The notes under the pieces were generated by a model. That model did not search any database and had not been told where the DNA came from. It was given only the letters and a program-made list of their open reading frames with translations. This document shows, in pieces, positions 24,754 through 29,171 of a stretch of DNA of 29,171 nucleotides (the first letter of the stretch is position 1; each line of letters starts with the position of its first letter). The stretch lies in contig JBFMGU010000132.1 in NCBI GenBank assembly GCA_040752415.1, positions 1 through 29,171 of the forward strand. Direction: 5' to 3'. Position numbers and translations under genes: made by a program. The DNA is from Myxococcota bacterium. Its GTDB lineage: Bacteria; Myxococcota; JACRCW01.

Positions 24754-24913
24754 GGCTGCCTTCCTGTTGCTCGTCGCCCCCGTCGTGGGTGCGCGGGGAT
24801 TCCATAGTCGCCTGGGGCGCGCTTGGCATCCTTGCGACGGTGCGAAAACAGCGCTTGCCAGGAGGGTGGCCTGTGGCCGCAGAATTCACGGGTTTCCTTG
24901 CCTGGGACCGACC

Positions 24914-26377
24914 GTGACCGCCACCCGCGACCCCTTGATTGGCACCGTGCTGGCGGGCGGATTCCGCGTGGAGAAGGGCGTGGGCAGTGGCGCGTTCGCA
25001 CGCGTCTACGCCGGGGTGGGCCCGGGCGGGGACGCGGTGGCGGTCAAGGTGCTGCAGGACCGCTCCGACGACGCGCGCCGCCTGTTCCAGCGCGAGGTCA
25101 AGATCATGCGCCAGCTCCCGGCGGTGCCGCACCGGGTCCGCTACTTTGGCGAGGGCCACACCGACGACGGGCGGCCGTTCCTGGCCATGGAGTTCGTCGA
25201 CGGCGGCTCGCTGCGCGGCATCCTCAAGCAGCGTGGCACGTTCCCGGAGCAGGAAGCGTGCAAGCTGATGGTGGACCTGTGCGACGCGCTGGCGGACCTG
25301 CACCACCTGGGCGTGGTCCACCGTGACCTCAAGCCGGACAACGTGCTCCTGACGCGCGACGGTCGCGTGAAGCTCAGCGACTTTGGGCTGGTGAAGGATG
25401 CGCAGGGCCTGCTGGAGCTGTTCGAGACTGAGGACATCCTCTCGGGCCGGGACTTCTCCAACAAGTTCGACCAGAACCTGGTGATGGGCACGCCGGAATA
25501 CATGGCGCCCGAGCAGTTCACCGACCCGTTCCTCAAGGATCCCACGCAGGCCAAGACGGACACGTGGACCGACGTCTACGCGCTGGGGCTCATCTTCTAT
25601 CACCTGCTGGCGGGCCAGAAGCTGTGGGTGTTCCGCAACAGCGCGGCAACGCCGGTGGACGCGCACCGCTCCCTGGCGGAGTACATCAAGACGCGCACCA
25701 ACCCGCGCAATGAGTCGGTGGTGGAGCGGCCGCCGCTGATTCCCGAGGCGGTGTGGCCCATCATCTCCCGCGCGCTGCGACATGATCCCAAGCGGCGCTA
25801 CGCCAACGCGGCGGAGATGGCGCAGGAGATCCGTCACTACCGCGAGCGCGGTGAGGTGGCCGCGTCCTTTGACGACGACGCCACCAGCGCCATGGACTCG
25901 CGCGAGCTGTTCAAGAACAACCCGGAGCTGGCCAAGACGCTGGAGGCGGTGCGCAACCGGCACAAGCAAGCCGCAGCAGCCCCGTCGTCGCCGCCGCCAC
26001 CGCAGCCGGTGCTGGAGACCACCAAGGTGGTGGCCCGTCCACCCGCCGCGAACCTGGCGGAGGAGTTCACCAACGACGCCACCGAGCAGATGGACATGCG
26101 CGCGGTGCTCAAGGAGGCGCGGCAGGAGGCGGCACGTACCGCGTCGACGTCGGGAGCGCGGGCGGTGAACTCTCCTGGTGTGCGCGTGCCGAGCCATCCG
26201 GCCGTGCCCGTCCCCGCACCTTCGGCCACGACGGGAACCGGCTCCGGTGCGCGTCGTCTCCCGGCGGAGGCCGCCGCTGCGAAGCCCGCGAAGCGGGGGT
26301 TTCCCGTCGTGGCGGTGGTGGCTGTCGTTGTGGCGGTGGCCGCGGTGGTGGCGGCCAGGGTGCTGGGCGCGTTCTGA
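24914..26377 (+). CDS. Hanks-type Ser/Thr protein kinase with Pro/Ala-rich linker and C-terminal TM anchor
   Basis: GSGAFARVY, VAVK, HRDLKPDN, DFG, GTPEYMAPE, DVYALG. Start estimated at GTG 24914 (before DPLIGTVL) instead of 24767. Terminal hydrophobic helix after KPAKR. Confidence 0.9.
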   Translation: MTATRDPLIGTVLAGGFRVEKGVGSGAFARVYAGVGPGGDAVAVKVLQDRSDDARRLFQREVKIMRQLPAVPHRVRYFGEGHTDDGRPFLAMEFVDGGSLRGILKQRGTFPEQEACKLMVDLCDALADLHHLGVVHRDLKPDNVLLTRDGRVKLSDFGLVKDAQGLLELFETEDILSGRDFSNKFDQNLVMGTPEYMAPEQFTDPFLKDPTQAKTDTWTDVYALGLIFYHLLAGQKLWVFRNSAATPVDAHRSLAEYIKTRTNPRNESVVERPPLIPEAVWPIISRALRHDPKRRYANAAEMAQEIRHYRERGEVAASFDDDATSAMDSRELFKNNPELAKTLEAVRNRHKQAAAAPSSPPPPQPVLETTKVVARPPAANLAEEFTNDATEQMDMRAVLKEARQEAARTASTSGARAVNSPGVRVPSHPAVPVPAPSATTGTGSGARRLPAEAAAAKPAKRGFPVVAVVAVVVAVAAVVAARVLGAF

Positions 26378-26379
26378 TG

Positions 26380-26422
26380 TGAGCGGCCCCTCGGTCACGA
26401 AATGGGTGGGGGGCGCCGCTCA
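26380..26422. terminator. Possible hairpin between convergent genes
   Basis: TGAGCGGC (26380-26387) / GCCGCTCA (26415-26422), extendable with CCC/GGG. No U-tract. Confidence 0.3.
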
Positions 26423-26445
26423 TCCCGCTGCCCCGCCTGGTGACG

Positions 26446-28776
26446 TCAGGGGCACACCGACTGCTGCTCGATCCACTGCGAAATCAGCGCCGCGCCTTCC
26501 TCGTCGACAATGCGCGTGCCGATTGGCGGCATGGCGTACGCGTCGCGTCGGGAGAGGCGCAGGTACATGATGGAGTGCTCGGGGTCGCCGGGGATCATCA
26601 GCCGGCCGCCGTCGGTGCCCAGGTTGCCCTCGGACGGCTCGGCGTTGCACACGCCCACCGACTCATCCGGCACGCTGTACTGGAAGTTCACCACGCCCTG
26701 GCCGGGCCCGCTGGGACGGTGGCAGTAGCCGCAGTTCACGTGCAGGTACGCACGCGCCCGCTCCCGCACGGATACCGAGGTGTCGTTGGGCTGGTGGAAG
26801 CGGGGCAGCGTTTCCGGGGCGCCGGGCAGCGGCTGCGTGAGCATGCCCACGTGCTCCAGGGTGGCCAACGTGTTGGAGAAGCGGTTTGTCGACGGGTAGT
26901 AGGTGCGCGTGTTGAGCTGCGCCAGCTCCGGACCCAGGGAACGGCCCGCCGCGCTGTTGTGGCAGAAGAGGCAATCCGCGCGCGAGGGATAGGTCCAGTT
27001 GGTGCTGCCCACCTGCTTGAACTTGCTGCCGCTCAGCAACACGCCGTCGTTGAGGGTGCTGTCCCACTCATAGCTGTAGCCGGCCCACTCGCCGTCGTCG
27101 TGGCGGACCAGCAGGCGCACCTCCACGAACTCCCCGTCCACCTCGAAGGTCTTCATCAACACGCTGCCAATGGGGAACACCACGTGGCCTTCCACGTCGA
27201 CGTCGAGGGTGGTGTTGTCCGGGATGGCCAGGTAGCGCGCCTTCCCCGCGCCGTCGGACCAGAAGGGCAGGTTGATGCTGTAGGGCAGCACGCCGGGCGC
27301 CGGCTCACGCGGGTTGTCCGCGCGCACGCAGCCGGTCTCGCTGAGCCGGTCGGGGAAGTTGTCGTCGGTGGTGGCGCCCGGGGTGAACTTGTAGATGGCC
27401 CCGTGGTAGGCCAGCAGGTAGAGCTCACCGGCAAGGTCCTCCGAGAAGCTGGCCACGTTCACGCCGCTGTTCACCAGCACCTGCGGTTGCGCCGCGCCGC
27501 TAATCGCGTCGTAGAACAGGCCCCACACCGTGCCGCGACCGAAGTCCGCGTAGATGTACACACCGTCGAGGTCGGGGATCTCCGTGCCGCGGTAGACGTA
27601 GCCGCCCGTGACGCTGTTCCCCTCGCTGTGCGGGTACTCCACGACGGGGTCGATCCAGCCCTGACCCTCGCACGGGTTGGTGCTGTAGCAGTGGAAGCCT
27701 TCCTTGCGGTTCCACCCGTAGTTGCCGCCCAGCTCGATGATGTCGATCTCCTCGTACGCGTTCTGTCCGACGTCACCGACCCACAGGTCCCCGGTCACGC
27801 GGTCAAAGCTCCAGCGCCACGGGTTGCGCAGACCCCACGCGTAGATCTCCGGCGCGCCCCCGCCCAGCGCAAAGGGATTGTCGGGCGGGATGGCGTAGGG
27901 CTCCCCGCTGTCGACGTCGATGCGGATCATGGCGCCCAGCAGCGTGTTGATGTTCTGCGCGTGGTCCAACGGGTCACCGCCGGAGCCTCCGTCGCCAAAG
28001 CCCAGGTAGAGGTAGCCGTCCGGACCAAAGGCCACGTGCCCGCCGTTGTGGTTGTCCCAGGGCTGCGTCACGGTGAGGACGATGTCCTCGCTGTTGGCGT
28101 CGAGGGTGACGCCGTTGTCCGGGCTGGTGAACCGGGACAGCCGCGAGATGAACACGCTGACGCCCTGCTGCCCGGTCCCGTCGGTGGTGTACGAGAGATA
28201 GACCTCCCCGTTGAAGGCGAAGTCGGGGTGGAACGCCATGCCCAGCAGCCCGCCCTCGCCGTGGTCATTCACGCGCTCGGTGATGTCCAGCCACACCGTG
28301 GCGGTGGTGGGATTGGCGGCATTGAAGACCTTCACCCTTCCCGCCTTCTCCACGACGAAGAACCGGCTCGCGTCGCCGGGCGCCTGCAACAGCAGCAGCG
28401 GCTGCTCGAAGGTGAGGTCGGGGAAGGCGCGCGTGAGGTTCACCTGGGCGCCGCCGGTGGGACGTGCCGGCGCCACGCAGGTGGGGTTGGCGGGACGGGT
28501 GTCCAGGCCAAAGGGCGCGGCGGCGTCGGGGCGGGGTGCGGCGTCGGGGACACCCGCGTCACGACGTCCCGCGTCCGGGCGTGCGGCGTCCGCCCCGGAA
28601 GACGCATCGGCGTTCCCGCCGGCGTCGGCGCGTGCGGCGTCGTGCGTGCCACCGTCGTGGTGCGCGGTGGTGGCAGCGTCGGGAGCTGGGGAGGGGCCGG
28701 TGTCTGGCGAGCCGGTGGTGAAACAGGCGCTGAGCGCGAGAAGCAGGGAGGCGCTGGACAGCTGACGACGCAGCAT
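26446..28776 (-). CDS. Lipoprotein: PQQ-dependent glucose/sorbosone dehydrogenase (GSDH) beta-propeller fused to a diheme cytochrome c domain
   Basis: Start moved to ATG 28776 (GGAG upstream), lipobox LSA-C. EGGLLGMAFHPDF, NHNGG, FGPDGYLYLGFGDGG, YAWGLRNPWRWSFD, GGNYGW. Heme motifs CLFCH (26959-26973) and CGYCH (26719-26733), with distal MPP. Confidence 0.9.
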   Translation of the reverse strand: MLRRQLSSASLLLALSACFTTGSPDTGPSPAPDAATTAHHDGGTHDAARADAGGNADASSGADAARPDAGRRDAGVPDAAPRPDAAAPFGLDTRPANPTCVAPARPTGGAQVNLTRAFPDLTFEQPLLLLQAPGDASRFFVVEKAGRVKVFNAANPTTATVWLDITERVNDHGEGGLLGMAFHPDFAFNGEVYLSYTTDGTGQQGVSVFISRLSRFTSPDNGVTLDANSEDIVLTVTQPWDNHNGGHVAFGPDGYLYLGFGDGGSGGDPLDHAQNINTLLGAMIRIDVDSGEPYAIPPDNPFALGGGAPEIYAWGLRNPWRWSFDRVTGDLWVGDVGQNAYEEIDIIELGGNYGWNRKEGFHCYSTNPCEGQGWIDPVVEYPHSEGNSVTGGYVYRGTEIPDLDGVYIYADFGRGTVWGLFYDAISGAAQPQVLVNSGVNVASFSEDLAGELYLLAYHGAIYKFTPGATTDDNFPDRLSETGCVRADNPREPAPGVLPYSINLPFWSDGAGKARYLAIPDNTTLDVDVEGHVVFPIGSVLMKTFEVDGEFVEVRLLVRHDDGEWAGYSYEWDSTLNDGVLLSGSKFKQVGSTNWTYPSRADCLFCHNSAAGRSLGPELAQLNTRTYYPSTNRFSNTLATLEHVGMLTQPLPGAPETLPRFHQPNDTSVSVRERARAYLHVNCGYCHRPSGPGQGVVNFQYSVPDESVGVCNAEPSEGNLGTDGGRLMIPGDPEHSIMYLRLSRRDAYAMPPIGTRIVDEEGAALISQWIEQQSVCP

Positions 28777-29007
28777 CAAACGGGTCTCCAACCGCTGGCA
28801 GGCGGAATTGCCCGGAAGCATACGTCAAACCCCGGCCCATCCGCTGCGAGAAATTTGCGTCGGGCGTGGCGGGGTGGGGCCGGGGGCGCCGGGCCGACGG
28901 GCCCCCGGGGCTGCGTCAGAAGAATCTGCCCGTGTCGGTGAGGCCGGCGAACACCTAACCCCCCACGTTCACGCCGTTGTGCTCGGGCAATCGATGGGCG
29001 CAGTGCC

Positions 29008-29027
29008 CACTTTCCGACGAGAAAGTG
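29008..29027. promoter_or_regulatory. Palindromic operator-like site CACTTTC-N6-GAAAGTG
   Basis: Perfect 7-6-7 inverted repeat with AT-rich arms in the intergenic region upstream of the GSDH gene. Confidence 0.35.
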
Positions 29028-29171
29028 CCCCAGACCAAGGCGTGGCCCCCCTTCCCCGCAACGGTTGACGACCCACGTGATCCGCATCAACGCATGGAGG
29101 CACCCGTTGGTGTCACCGGCGGCCAAGGCCGCAGCTGGAAAAACACCAAGCCCTGCCCTCGCAGACCACTT

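Noticed and set aside
22564..24807. 747-aa plus-strand ORF
   Set aside because: Antisense shadow of the clearly recognisable flavoenzyme gene.
24823..24862. TGGCA-containing sigma-54-like promoter candidates in the divergent region (also one near 28797)
   Set aside because: The GG-N10-GC spacing is not satisfied in any candidate.
24527..26398. 623-aa minus-strand ORF
   Set aside because: Antisense shadow of the Ser/Thr kinase, Arg/His-rich with no domain signature.
26440..28941. 833-aa plus-strand ORF
   Set aside because: Antisense shadow of the GSDH-cytochrome gene.
28968..28978. TTCACGCCGTT, identical to the first 11 nt of the cre-tag
   Set aside because: The second half-site is missing (followed by GTGCT), so it is insufficient to call a binding site.

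Overview
GC-rich bacterial DNA, most likely Myxococcota (MYXO-CTERM-type C-terminus, 'DAG' linkers, Hanks kinase, many lipoproteins). Left to right: (1) the probable left end of an IS1182-like element cut by the window edge; (2) a heptamer-repeat hairpin; (3) a metzincin-type lipoprotein; (4) a divergent 2058-aa lipoprotein built only of 18 Calx-beta/cadherin-like repeats. Then comes a run of eight minus-strand genes (24753 down to 7928): salicylyl-CoA 5-hydroxylase/AbmA-like flavoenzyme, CreB/ChvI-like response regulator, sensor kinase with almost no periplasmic domain, YIP1-like membrane protein, membrane-anchored exported protein, Asp-rich TSP3-like repeat MYXO-CTERM protein, alpha-2-macroglobulin-like protein lacking the CxEQ thioester motif, and an M48-like membrane protein lacking HExxH. 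A REP-like doublet lies between the last two. The window ends with a Ser/Thr kinase and a PQQ sugar-dehydrogenase/diheme cytochrome c lipoprotein. The best candidate for an undescribed system is the CreBC-like module. A perfect cre-tag (TTCAC-N6-TTCAC) with further phased half-sites lies just after the kinase stop, in the position where creD follows creC in E. coli, but here it precedes two uncharacterised membrane proteins. All family calls come from motif recognition by eye; no searches were run.
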